Source: Seison nebaliae | Lineage: Eukaryota | Assembly (NCBI GenBank): GCA_023231475.1 | Contig: JALJEE010000745.1 | Location: 1-43,171 of the forward strand | DNA: 43,171 nt | Direction: 5' to 3' | Part shown: in pieces, positions 13,501 to 25,631 of the stretch | Position numbering within the stretch: the first letter of the stretch is position 1 | Layout: each line of letters opens with the position of its first letter | Notes under the pieces: generated by a model | The model's database searches: none | Seen by the model: the letters and a program-made list of their open reading frames with translations, nothing else | Told to the model about the DNA's origin: nothing | Position numbers and translations under genes: made by a program

Positions 13501-15577
13501 TCAATCTTCTCCTTAACATCATAATCTAAACATACAAATTTCACCACCATATCATAAGTTGTATTTCCACAAGGAGCATCGAAAGATTGCATGTTATTTT
13601 GGAATAAACAATTCTGTTTATATGTACAACGTGATTGGAGTGAGGAATGTATGGTAGAACTGAAACATGGTGCTGGTTTATCTAACGATCTCGTTACACA
13701 TTTTGCCGTTTCAGGATTATCTGTTAATCTTCCATAAAATACCCCATAAATATGAACCCAATAATCTTCGGGACAGATTAATTTCGCACGAGTACCATCA
13801 CAGATATATGAAGTGGTGGTATAATCATCATTCTCTTCAACTAATGCTTGTATGAATTCTTCCAATTCTGGTACTTTAATATCTTTCTCTTCATCGAAGA
13901 TTAATGAGGAATGGTCATGAACTCGATAATCATCAATTATTCCAGTTTTCCCATGGAATTCCAGCACCACATCTTCGCATAGACGATAAGGATTTCCATT
14001 AAATCCTTTCTCACATTCACAATCAAATTCACCATTCAATTGTCGATTACATATAGCGTTGAAACCACATGGTTTCGGATTCGTCAATGTCTCTATTTTA
14101 TTCGGACCCGAACAATGAATTATCGTTTCACAGTCCTCCGACAAAACTTTATCTCCGATCTAAATTCGAAATTTGAATTAGTTTAAAATTCGTCGAAAAA
14201 ATTTTTTAAAATTAAAACTGATAATTCTCCATAACGCTTATCATAACATCCACATTCATTCTCCATTAAACATCGGCCATGGTGCAGATACATTCCTGAC
14301 ATACATTTACAACCTTCTCTCGGCACTTTCTCCATCTCGGCGCAATTTGTACCTTGTTTGTCATGACATGTCTTTAGACAACCTACCACTCTGGAAAAGA
14401 ACATCATCTCATCATTCTCACATTGGAAAGCTTTAGAGAAAAGTATTTGAATATATTTAAATTTAATCAAATCGAAAACTAACGACAAAAATCATATGAT
14501 CTCCAATTGATACCTTTATTATATTTTTCGGCACAAATCTCACCAATCTCTTCCATATAACTACAAATATAAGACATACGGTCATCATCGTTGGCTGTAT
14601 CACCTTGCTTAATGAAATCATTGACACAATTCTCAACATTTCTTCTAATTAATTCTTTATCTGTCTCATCCTAAATTAGAATTATATTAATAAATAGAAA
14701 TAAATTCGTTTTTTAACTTCCATGCAATGACTTTTAAATGCTTCATTCTCCCCCATTTTCTTACACATCTTTGTCAATCTCAATCGATCTTCTGTTGGTA
14801 TTTGAACCGCCGAAATTGTTTCGTCAGCCTCAACTGTTCTCTCCACTCCTCTAACCTCACATGTTTCATAAATTGTATCGTCATATACTTCGAACGAATA
14901 ACCACCTAACCAATGGAATGAATCCGTATTTCTCACATATTTATTATTAGCATCATTATGATCATTGTCCTTATTTCCTAGAAAATTAAGATATTTTTAA
15001 AACAAATTCAAATTCGAAAAAACTGAATGAAAGAACCGTCATAATTACCACACATTCCTTGGACCTTATTACCAAACCATTTATCTCTACATAACTCGAC
15101 ATAAACTTTCAAATTCTTATTATCATTTGCATATTGCAATCCCCATTTACAAGTTTTATGATTCAAACGATATTCATGTCCAACTTTTCTAAGTTCCAAA
15201 TCATCAGTAGTAACTGGATATGTTTCGGTTTTCCCGTTCACTGTTACTGTGTTCATATCGAACTTGAGAACACGAATTCTCGACGATTTTGTGATAACAT
15301 CAAACAATAACATTCCGGTTGGTTGAACACCGTTTTTAGGTCCAAATCGAGTATCAGGAACTGATTTGTATTCGATTGCAAACCAACAATCATCGTTCAA
15401 GTCTTTCGCTCCGATTAACAAATATTTACAATGTCCTTGGAAATCGTTCCTGTTACCATCGAACGTCCATGTATGTGGATCTCCACGAGTCCTACACTGT
15501 CCAACTTGGGAACAGCCTGGTAGGACACTGTAACATTCATGAACGATCAATGATAGAAGTAAAGGAAACACGAACAT
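7568..15577 (-). CDS. Large secreted multidomain protein (zonadhesin/IgGFc-binding protein/Sfp1-like): SP-VWD-C8-TIL-EGF-SUEL lectin-VWD-C8-TIL-EGF-SUEL lectin-charged linker-VWD-C8-TIL-EGF-3x Cys/basic repeats; about 20 exons
   Basis: Signal peptide MFVFPLLLSLIVHECYS; GDPH-TFDG VWD starts and GxCGNxD ends; SUEL motifs (ICDGTRAKLICPEDYWVHIYGVFYGR; VCPFDHLVIKCPKSSVIRIIGSFYGK); EGF motifs CECEKGFNGNP and CQCNNGFAGNP. About 19 short introns join all the minus-strand ORF pieces in frame to TAA at 7568-7570. Confidence 0.8.
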
Positions 15578-16327
15578 TACAGAAATGTTCTAATAAAGAA
15601 ACTTATAATATTTCCTACTTATTCTTGTTTAATTTATAGTTGAATCTTCTCGTACTTATCACCAGATGCTCAAGAACGTCAAATAACGATTTTAATAATA
15701 TTTACCCTCAAATATCTCTGATTGGAACTCAATTAAACAACAATTGAATTTTTGAAGACAATTGGAGAACAAAAATGCTTCAAATTAATTGTAAAATTAA
15801 TTTTTCCACATGTTCCTCTTTGACAATTTCCCAATAACTTTAATAACGAAATTAGTTCCAAAAAATAATTTTAAACTCAATTATCATTCTTCCTCTACAT
15901 TAACATAACTTTTAATTGTATTGAACGAATAATCAATATTTTTCAAGTTACTTAAAATCATCAAGTGTTATTTTTATTTATTTCCAATTACTTTCATCTA
16001 TCAGAAATATTCTGAATTCATTTATAATTCAAATTGATAATGAAAGTTCTTATAAATTAACTATAGTCATAACATTTTATCTCATTTGAAATTTAATAAA
16101 GATTTATTGATATTTTGATAATAATGATATTATAAATGTTTATTGTTTTTTTGATAATTAATTAATTTAATTAAATTCATATTTTTGAAATTTAATTCAA
16201 TTGAAGAAGAATTTGTTAGTTTTTTAAGAAAAAAATTCATTGTATGAATATGACATAAAATAAAATAGTTGTTGAATGAATAAATTGCGCTTCTTCTTAA
16301 TAACAGTTAGTTAAACCATAGGGAAAT

Positions 16328-18175
16328 ATGCCTATCGAAATTCCCTTGAGTGATATCAGACAAATCTTAGATCCGATATTAGACGGCGATGTTGAAAATA
16401 TTGCAAAAAAGAATTATTCCGATAGTTCTCTAGAGAAAGAGATTAATAATTTTGGACTTCATTCAAAAGGAACATTTTATGCATACCCCAAAAATGATCA
16501 ACATAATAATCAATTTCGTAACATTTTGGGACAGATTCGAGAAACTTCATATACATCTCCAATTTATCATTGGTGGATTGCAAAAGGTTTATTAGGAATG
16601 TGTGTAATAAAAATTATATTCTTCTTCTTAATCATTGCCACAACAACGAACTTTAGTCAAATAAAATCATGGAACACTGAAATACCTGCACGAGACGCTT
16701 TTCGTGGTTGGGTTCTAACGGTCGAATTGAGATTTCGTTTGATCAAATACGTTTGGAGAAGAATTCGTCCTCCCCCATCAATAGAAACCATAAAAAATTT
16801 CGAAACTAATTATTATTCGACACATTATGGTTCGAATTATTATGGTACACTGGATTATGAGGATTCTTTAAAAAAACGGAAAATTAGTTACACGACAGGA
16901 AACATGTTTGAAATGAATTGTGTCTACAAGAAATTTCAGACAATGAATGCCTCTCAGAATATAGCTGGTGATACGATGAGAAATTTAGCGGGTGAGAAAG
17001 TTTCGTACTTTTCCAATATGTTTCCTGGTTTATCACATCCAATGACGGATTTGGATGCATTGAAATCGTCTCCTCCTTTACATTTTGCGACCATGAAAGA
17101 ATTTGACAGTTGTCGATATCAAGCAGCATATATTGTATTCCTTAAAGCATTAGTTATCATTTTGGTCATCGCTTACATTATAGTGTTAATTTTACTTCTA
17201 ATTTTTACTATTATGAGTGGCCGTTTTTGGTTGTTACTCCCACTCAAATTTCTTCTGGGCTTACTTTTATTTACAATCGTTATACTTTATACGTTCGTGG
17301 GAGTATACACAATTTATCTGAACGTGGAAGAAGAACAACATATAAATTTTCAAAAATATTTATGTAACACAATTGCCTCTATTTCCATGTTATATTATCC
17401 GACTGATGTCCGAAATGACGCCTGTTCCTTCATCGATTATCATAACTTTCTTAAGAAAGATGTGTTCGTTCAACAGAATGTGGAGAATACTTGGAATCCT
17501 TCAGGTAAATTACGATTAGCTAGTCATTCCGAAGATTTCAAGAACATCTTTCAACCATCCTCACTTTTAACGGGGAGGAAAGGTTTCGATGATTTTTACG
17601 ACGAAGTACAAGACCGATATAAAAACCGTAATTCCTCTGATATATCATATCGACTACAAACCATATATCCATCATGCCCTATGCTCGAAGTGGTGAATAA
17701 TGTGGATGAATCAATTAGAAATTCATCAAGTACCGAAGGAAGATCGTCAATATTCAGATCGACACATACAAATGATGATCATCAGGAAAGAAATCCATAT
17801 CGTGACAATCCCCATCTTCGAGCTTTATTCACCAAATTAGGTGATTCAATTCTGATTATATTTCTCATTCTAATTTCCGAACATTTCTCTCTCGTATATT
17901 TATTCTTCGAATATTTACGTATCAGTCATTTAAGAGCACGATATGAAATGTCCGAATTAGTTTTAGATTTTCTACTCTTAGCCAAAACCAAATACAATAC
18001 TACCAGTATGAAGAAAATAGCGTCAGCTTATCTGAACCGAAGTAAACAATCGAATCAAACGGAAAAACGAACTGATCGAGTATCGAAAAGTACGTCACGA
18101 GGACTCTTCCAAAAACAACAAAGTTTCCGTGGTAGTGACGGTATGTCATTGCTTGAAAATCAAAGAAAATTTTGA
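16328..18175 (+). CDS. Uncharacterised multi-pass (about 4 TM) membrane protein, 615 aa, intronless
   Basis: Long ORF with hydrophobic segments at about aa 85-105, 268-297, 301-331 and 508-528, and Cys-containing loops. No family recognised. Confidence 0.75.
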   Translation: MPIEIPLSDIRQILDPILDGDVENIAKKNYSDSSLEKEINNFGLHSKGTFYAYPKNDQHNNQFRNILGQIRETSYTSPIYHWWIAKGLLGMCVIKIIFFFLIIATTTNFSQIKSWNTEIPARDAFRGWVLTVELRFRLIKYVWRRIRPPPSIETIKNFETNYYSTHYGSNYYGTLDYEDSLKKRKISYTTGNMFEMNCVYKKFQTMNASQNIAGDTMRNLAGEKVSYFSNMFPGLSHPMTDLDALKSSPPLHFATMKEFDSCRYQAAYIVFLKALVIILVIAYIIVLILLLIFTIMSGRFWLLLPLKFLLGLLLFTIVILYTFVGVYTIYLNVEEEQHINFQKYLCNTIASISMLYYPTDVRNDACSFIDYHNFLKKDVFVQQNVENTWNPSGKLRLASHSEDFKNIFQPSSLLTGRKGFDDFYDEVQDRYKNRNSSDISYRLQTIYPSCPMLEVVNNVDESIRNSSSTEGRSSIFRSTHTNDDHQERNPYRDNPHLRALFTKLGDSILIIFLILISEHFSLVYLFFEYLRISHLRARYEMSELVLDFLLLAKTKYNTTSMKKIASAYLNRSKQSNQTEKRTDRVSKSTSRGLFQKQQSFRGSDGMSLLENQRKF

Positions 18176-18229
18176 AATTTTATTTGGTTTAAATGTTCAA
18201 GATCATCTATTATTTCATTAATTAAGTCT

Positions 18230-18607
18230 CTAAAATTTTTGATTCTTCAAATCATAATGTTTCTGCAAAAATCTTATCATCGAATACGGTACACGTTTGA
18301 TGGAATTCCTTTTGTCAAATGAATCGAATGCACGTTTATCGAATGAATCGAATGCACGTTTATCGAATGAATCGAACGCCCGTTTATCGAATGAATCGAA
18401 AGCTCTCTTGTCGAATGAATCGAAAGCCCGTCTTTCGATGTCTTTGAGTAATCTGGATATGGGTAATTGATTATTATGATTCTTCAACAGATTTCCTGGT
18501 TCGCTTTTGACGACAATGAAAATGATGGAGAACTTTTTAAAATTAATTAGTAGAAGATGATAATACGAGACATGACTAACTATAAGAGAGATGGATGTCA
18601 ACTGCAT
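18230..18607 (-). CDS. Neuropeptide precursor with five AFDSFD peptides (pedal peptide/orcokinin-like); 2 exons
   Basis: Removing the 48-nt intron 18533-18580 (GTTAGT..AAAG) gives a clean signal peptide MQLTSISLIFSIIFIVVKS. This is followed by RR-AFDSFD-KR and four more AFDSFD-KR units, encoded by 24-nt repeats with synonymous variation. Confidence 0.88.
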   Translation of the reverse strand: MQLTSISLIVSHVSYYHLLLINFKKFSIIFIVVKSEPGNLLKNHNNQLPISRLLKDIERRAFDSFDKRAFDSFDKRAFDSFDKRAFDSFDKRAFDSFDKRNSIKRVPYSMIRFLQKHYDLKNQKF

Positions 18608-18692
18608 TTTTTTCGTCGATGAGAAAAGAATTTGTGGATTATGTGCGAAAATGAAGAAAAGATGAGAAATACATAAAAGTGAGTAATGCCGA

Positions 18693-18699
18693 ATTTATA
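18693..18699 (-). promoter_or_regulatory. Candidate TATA box of the neuropeptide gene
   Basis: CCTATAAATT on the minus strand about 85 nt upstream of the ATG. Weak evidence in an AT-rich genome. Confidence 0.3.
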
Positions 18700-19382
18700 G
18701 GAAACGACAGAAAGCAGCACTATTTGCAAAGATATTAGTTGGAGTGATATGTCTATAAATCAATTTTTATCGACTTAGAGAGTTACTTATCTTCTAAAAT
18801 ATACTTCGTAGGCGATTATTGACAAAGAAATTTATCAACATCGTCCCCCATCACCATAATTCCTTCGCGATTCCTTATTATCATGCACGAATTCAATTCC
18901 CTGACGTTCTCTTATAATTTCCGTTTATCTTTTTAATTGTTTTTCGGATCATTAAACATTAGTGATGAGAAACTTATCTAGAAAAATTTCTCATTTACTA
19001 AATGATAAGTGAATGAAATGACGATTGTCCCAAAAATGATACTAATTCAATGAAACCTCTAGCTCCAATTTAACTAATGACCTAAATAATAATTTAGCGC
19101 GATGAAAAACGATTTTCATTCCAAAAATTATCAACACTTTAAAAGATTGAACTGATAATTTTGATGTTTACTTCTCTTCTGATATGTTTTTCTAACCAGT
19201 ATTATTCTTGGCAAACATCGAGGTCAAATGTCACCAAATCGTTCTCCATAAAATGTTATTCACTATCTTGTAAGTGAGAGATGTTATTTACACAATCTTT
19301 GAACTGTTTACTTTAGTCAATAAACTTGTCATATAAAAAATGAGATTAAATGTCGGAATGACACTTTAAAATTATTTAAAAA

Positions 19383-20070
19383 ATGGTTCATTACAAATTA
19401 TTATATTTTCCATTATATGGTAAAGGAGAAATTATTCGTCTCCTATTTGCTGCTGCCAATCAAGAATATGAAAATTTCATCATTAAAATGGAAGATTGGC
19501 CAACATATAAACCAAGTTCCATTTCCATTTATTAAAGAATGTTGTTCATAAAATTTTCATTCAGAAATGCCAAATGGAATGCTTCCGGTTTTGGAAGTGA
19601 ATGGAAAACAAATGACTGAAAGTTTAGCCATCTCACGATATTTAGGTCGTGAATTCCGTTTGTATGGAAATGATAGTAGCGATGCATATGAAATAGATAG
19701 AATTTTAGATATATATGTCGATGCAATGGTGGGATTTAATAAATCTGGTGCTCCAATGGCCTTCCTCCAACATGGAATGAATGCAGCAGAAACGAAAGCA
19801 GCTCTAAACAAATATTTTGAGGAAACTGTCAAAAAATTTTTCCCGATATTTAGAAAGGTTTTGGAGTCCAATATGACCAACAGTGGATATTTTGTTAAAG
19901 ACACTCTAACACTTGCTGATCTACAAATGTTCGTTTATTTGGATGTAACCAGTCAATTCTTTCCCGATTTCTTCGCCACTTATCCAATCTTTCAAAAGTT
20001 TTTGGAGAAAATACGAAATGATTCCAGTTTGAAAAAATATCTCGCTGATCGACCACAAGCTCCGTTTTAA
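19383..20070 (+). CDS. Glutathione S-transferase, sigma-class-like; 2 exons
   Basis: MVHYKLLYFPLYGKGEIIRLLF...EDWPTYKP|KMPNGMLPVLEVNGKQMTESLAISRYLGR...LTLADL. Intron 19516-19564 (GTTCCA..CAG). Confidence 0.92.
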
Positions 20071-21459
20071 AGAAACTTTAACCAGAATAGTTCAAATATG
20101 AAACACCTTATTAATTAGTTTAATTATAGTTAAATAAAATTTTTATATCCAATTATAAACTTATCAGATAATTGAATTGAAAAATAAAAAACTTTTAGAA
20201 ATAATCAAAAAATGTGAGAAAACAATAAAGTTCTATTATTTATTTTTCAAATTTCCAAATTAATTTCAATTTTCAAGTACACAAATATGTTTTTCCATAA
20301 AAACTTAAACATTTGACGGATGACTTTTTCATTTGTTGTACAACTACCATAGAATATGTCGTCATTCTGTTGTCATAGTCTCATCATAGTCCATTGTATT
20401 TTTTGAAGGAATTTTTTTCGCGATCACCATAAAATTATCATAAGAAAATTCAAAGAATTAACTGAGCACTAAATTTTCCTAATTCCCTTAACATATTAGG
20501 AAAGCAGGAATAATTTTAATTCATCGTGGTGGAATCAAGGGAGTCTAGAAAATTAACAAGAAATTATATAAAGAGTGCTGGGAAAAATATTTCTAAAAGT
20601 TTCTTCAGGGAAAAATATTCGAAATATATCGCCACCTCTAAATTTATGTAACATCTTGAATCGATACAAGAAGACATCATATAAGAGAAGAACATTTAAT
20701 GTATCCAAGATTATTGTCATTCCGCCATATGATAAAGACAGAACAACACTCAAATCATTGGAACATAATGGAATACTTAAAAGGAGAACAAAAGAACTAA
20801 CTGTATCTTTTCTCTTCAACGTCGTATATTTGTTACTGAAAGTGAGAAATAGTAGAAGATACATGAACAATCCCTAAATAATTTTAAAAATAAAAAAATA
20901 TTTTTCAAACAGGCCAATAATTTCTATCTGTACATAAATTTAAAAAAAATAACCATAATTTCTTTTAAAACTCCTTCTTACATATATTAACTTTATATGA
21001 GAAAGAATAAAATTAAAATTTTTTCGAATTGAACGTTAATAAATTCAATTAACGAAATGCCAAATATTTATCTGTGTTCATCACATAAACTTTTACTCTG
21101 AACTCCAATTTTCCATTCCAGTTGCTAGATCTTGTAGTAAATTAACATAGTAATAGTTGTTGACTTTTAGAAATTTATATAAATGTTTTATAATTTCGCA
21201 ATTTCAATTTATGTAAAGTTGTCAAACTAATAATATTCCGTTGTCAAGTAGAGAAAATGGTAATATTCTTTAAGCTTCATAGTTAAATAAGAGTTTTAAT
21301 CGATTTTCAATCTAAGCAATACTAAAAATATGTTTCGGGAATTTTATTGACTTTTTTTCCATCTATGAATGTTTTGTATATCTCTCTCTCATTGGGGAAA
21401 GAATAAAATTTTCAATATATTATTTTGTCAAATTTGATTGTGAAAATTTGTGTTACAGT

Positions 21460-23048
21460 ATGGCCTGTGCAGCGCAACGTGCAGTGCTTGATGAATTGAT
21501 GGGAGCACATCGTAATGATGATCCGAATGTGGAGCACGAAAAAATTGATTTTACCCATCACTCTGTTAGTTGATTTGATGATTGTAGAATTGTATATTAA
21601 TATGATTTGTTGATTGATAGATTTGCAAATACTTTCTTTGCGGATTTTGTCCACATGAATTGTTTACAAACACAAAGGCAGATAAAGGACCTTGTCCACA
21701 TACACACGATTATAATATTCTTAGCAAGTTAGTAAAAATTTTATTATTTTCTCTGTGAAATCGTTTCTGAGAAAAGTTTTATTTTGAGCTGATTAAAAAA
21801 AAAGAAAGAAACGAATTGACCTAAAAGTGTACATCTAAAAATAAATTGAATGATTTTGGGATAAAATGATTTGTTTATTTTTAATTTATTTTAATGACAA
21901 TAATATAATCTTATAATACTTTAGAGCTGATGGCGATAAAAATTATTTGTCTCGTAAAAGAAATTAAATTATCTCTTTTTGAGGAAAATTGAAAGATATA
22001 CAGTTTCTCGTTTATTCTTCTTGTAACACACCTCTCATCACTATTTACTTCCATTTACTATCTGTCTTCCTTCCTGTTTGGAAGAATCATCATTTAAAAT
22101 CATTTTTCTGTTTTAAATTCTCTCTGATCATTCTGACAATTTTTCAAGAGGTTTATCTCGTCATTCGATATTTAATTATATTTTCTTTTTCTTCTTCTAA
22201 TAATCGTTTACGTCAGATATCAAGCCAGTTCCCGTTTCAATCGTCTCGGATATGAAGAACAAATGGAGAAGTATTGTCGACAACAAATCGCAGAAATCGA
22301 ACGACGAATTGTGAAGAATAAAGAACGTCTCGCATTAACTCAATCTGATGATCGTTCATTTTTTTCATTTAAATTTTAAAATTTTTTCATTTGAATAGAA
22401 CCGAATAAAGCGATTGCTCTAAAAAAGGAGAAAATTACTTCACTCGAAAAAGAAATTTCGGAATTGGTGGAAAAATCAGGAGAATATGGCAATAAAGGTG
22501 AAATAGGAAAAGCTCATGAATTTATGAATGAATGTCAAAAATTGAAGCAAGAAAAACGAGACTTAGAAATGGTTATTATTTTTCCTTTCTAAAAATCATC
22601 AAATTCTTTTAGTCATTGGCACAACCGACAGCAGCAGGAGAACAAAAATTAATGGAAGTTTGTGTTGTTTGTGGATCATTCCTTGTCGTTAACGACGCCG
22701 AGACAAGAGTTAGAGAACATACTAATGGAAAACTGCATGTTGGCTACGCAAAATTACGTCAATATATAATCGATAGAGAAGTTAAATTTTTTTTAATAAA
22801 TTTTTTCTTATTTTTTTTAGGAAGAAAAACATAAGAGATCGTCAAGCGAAACTGTTGACAGATCATCTCCACCTAATCGTTCACCATCGGACGATCGTGA
22901 GAGAAGAAGACGTCGACGATCACCATCAGATGACGAAGGACATCGAAATTCCAGACATCGACGTCATCGTGGACACCATCGTGACCGATATGATAGAGAT
23001 CGTGATCGAGATCATCATGATTCCCGAAGGAAATATCGCCGTCATTAA
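21460..23048 (+). CDS. LUC7L3: LUC7-like protein 3 (U1 snRNP-associated splicing factor); 6 exons
   Basis: AQRAVLDELMG..ICKYFLCGFCPHELFTNTKADKGPC..H (ZnF1), SSRFNRLGYE, MEVCVVCGSFLVVNDAETRVREHTNGKLHVGY (ZnF2) and an RS/RD tail. The motifs match the LUC7L3/CROP subfamily. Five introns, all GTT; intron 2 is 21728-22216. Confidence 0.9.
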
Positions 23049-23404
23049 TGAACAGAATTAATCAAATAAAAGAGAAAGATAAAAATTTTGATTATTTGAC
23101 ATTTCAATTAATTTTTTTCGATCAGACTTGTGGAAAGAAGAAAATCAACTTTCTATTCAGTCGGGAGAACATTTTCACTCACCATAACTTTTATTTGGTG
23201 ATCATTTTTTTTCTTTCTTGTCTATTAGTCCAAAAAGACTCGATTATTATTTTATTAATAAAACAAAAACAACTTTGTAAAATTTAATGTGAGATGATTC
23301 TTTATAATTTCTAAAAAATTTGAAATTGATACAAATAATGAAATTATTGAAAAGAAAAATCGTTATTCAATACCACTGCTCTATAATTTGATTCTTTCCT
23401 TTAC

Positions 23405-24418
23405 TTAATGACAGTTGTATAATTTTCGTATTTTCTGAACGTCTTGATTAGTGAGATATCGTCCTCCCAACGAATAACCATTGTCTGTTCTGGTGATGGT
23501 GGATAAACCGTTTTTGGAGAATGCAGAGGCGAAATAGTGCATGATTGAATCGAAACCATATGCTAAACCATAAGTCTTTGTTGAATATGTTGAATATTTA
23601 TTGAAATTGTGTTCTTTGCCTTATTGAAGGAAAAGAATAAAAATCAATTCTTTCAATAGAGATCAATCAAACCTGTTTTAATATTCTCCCAATGAATTTT
23701 TACATAATTATCTCTATCAGGTCGTGATTGTTCATGACGGAAACCCATTGCATGCATCGTTTCATGTTGTATCGTTCTCTCTGACATACACCCTGAACTA
23801 CTTAAGTTAATTGTATGCCAACCACCACTAACTCGTTTACCTACCTAAAATATTAAATATAAAAATATTTGAAATGAAAACAAAACGAACATGAGATGAA
23901 CAATATTGTGTTTGTCCGTTGAAAAGTAATTTATCGACATTACTGTTTTTAATTTCATTATCGGTAGCAACGCGCACGTTAATACATGAGGAAGAAAGAC
24001 CATTATTCACCGCACTTGTCAATTTATTTAAAGATTTGAGAATAGATTGTCGTTGAGCCAATGCTAAAGATAATAAATAATGAAATGATAAATAAATGAA
24101 AAAATGGAAACTATAATGATTCAATCTGAATGCATATGGTACGTCGCCATTCTTCCAATAACAATTTGAACAGACGATTGCTGCTCTTGCTCCTAACGCT
24201 TCTTCCAATTGCTCTACGATCAAAGGATGATCTTCAATCGATGACAGTTCAATATCTCCTTCAAATAGTCCTTGATCGTATATGTCTGTCTCATTTTCAG
24301 GAATAGTCTAAATTTATGAAATGTCAAATTGGAAATAATTTAAAAGAACTGGCGATAGGACAAATGCTTCTAATTGAAAGGTAATTGTCAAAACGGATAT
24401 TAAAGAAAAAAACAACAT
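23405..24418 (-). CDS. Astacin-family zinc metalloprotease (signal peptide + propeptide + catalytic domain only); 5 exons
   Basis: Propeptide LFEGDI, zinc motif HETMHAMGFRHEQSRPDRDNY, Met-turn SIMHY, end DVQKIRKLYNC. Four GTT introns. Confidence 0.92.
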
Positions 24419-25121
24419 ATTTTACAAGAATCGGATATACTTTTCTAAAAAAAAAAACCTTCAGAACTACTTCACTATTGAAGTTGAGTAGAGTCATCTT
24501 TTAATAAAACTTTCAGTTTGTGAAGAAAACCATATGGTATTGCATCATGTCCAATTGCCTCCTACAGAATCAATATGCTTCCGACTATAGTCGTTTTGGA
24601 AAAGTTTCATATCAAAACTTTATTGATCAGGTTTAATTGTTGTCAATTGACAAATAATAACGTCCATTTCCTAATAAAACGCACATGGGAATTCCTGAGA
24701 ACAAAGTTCAACTTTCAAATTATTTGGATAGCAATTAATTCTTCTTTGTAAATTTTATTTTCATATTTAATTGCCGATATGGGAAGGTATCGATTGATTA
24801 TGAAAATTGTTTCGTTTGAGTTAACCGAAATTTGACATCAACGACCATTTTGTATAGAGATGAGTTCGTGACTATACGTATAATTGTTTGAAGTTCGTTT
24901 TTTAAATAGTGTGAAGAAGAACATCGTCATTCATTGATAAAGGGAAGAGGGCGAATTATATTGTTGACGTCACTTCCTCTCTTTTATTTGATATCGATAA
25001 CTGAAATAAAAACGCGGGAAAGCTGTTCACTATCATAAAAATAGGGAAAAGTCTCTGAATGTGAAGAAATTTCGTCTATTGACAATTCCGACAACGACAG
25101 AGAATTTCAGGGAGAAAACTC

Positions 25122-25616
25122 ATGTCAAAATTTTCAACTTTTTTCTATCTTTTTTTTATAGTCTCGTGCACAAATGGTTATTTTTGTTGAATGGGACAAA
25201 TATGTCTCTTAATCATTTCTTTGGAACAGGTTTTATTTTCGAAGAAGGAACAAGTGGTTTAGTTTGTTTTTAATTTTCCTTCTCTTATCATTTTTTAAAA
25301 GGCTTCCCTTATTTTACGGTAACAATGGTCTGTAGTATCGGTATATTATTTATATTCATATGTTAAATTTATTCTTAAATTCAAAATTTTCTTTAAATTT
25401 TTATATTTAGATAAATTTTTGAAATATTATTTAAGGAAGAAAAGAGTGGAGGAAAGTGAAGGAACACATATGGGAGATGTTCAGCCGGTTTTAACTGATA
25501 ACGTCCTCACCGTCCAACAGGAACGAGAAACAGCCAATTTAAACGTGAATGATCTTCTTCCCACATATAGTGAATTTATTAATAATCGCAACATTCCTGT
25601 GACAGATCGTAATTGA
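25122..25616 (+). CDS. Small single-pass type I membrane protein with a cytoplasmic LPxY motif; 4 exons including a 27-nt microexon
   Basis: Splicing three GTT..AG introns gives MSKFSTFFYLFFIVSCTNG-FIFEEGTSGFPY-FTVTMVCSIGILFIFIY-KFLKYYLRKKR...DLLPTYSEF..., i.e. signal peptide, tiny ectodomain, TM, basic stop-transfer and a PY-like motif. Confidence 0.65.
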
Positions 25617-25631
25617 AGTTTCTTCAAAATT

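Noticed and set aside
18310..18432. 24-nt tandem repeat as a satellite or CRISPR
   Set aside because: It is the coding repeat of the AFDSFDKR neuropeptide units.
20290..20960. Overlapping ORFs 20553-20870 (-) and 20575-20877 (+)
   Set aside because: I could not build a consistent spliced model or recognise a family; may be a decayed gene.
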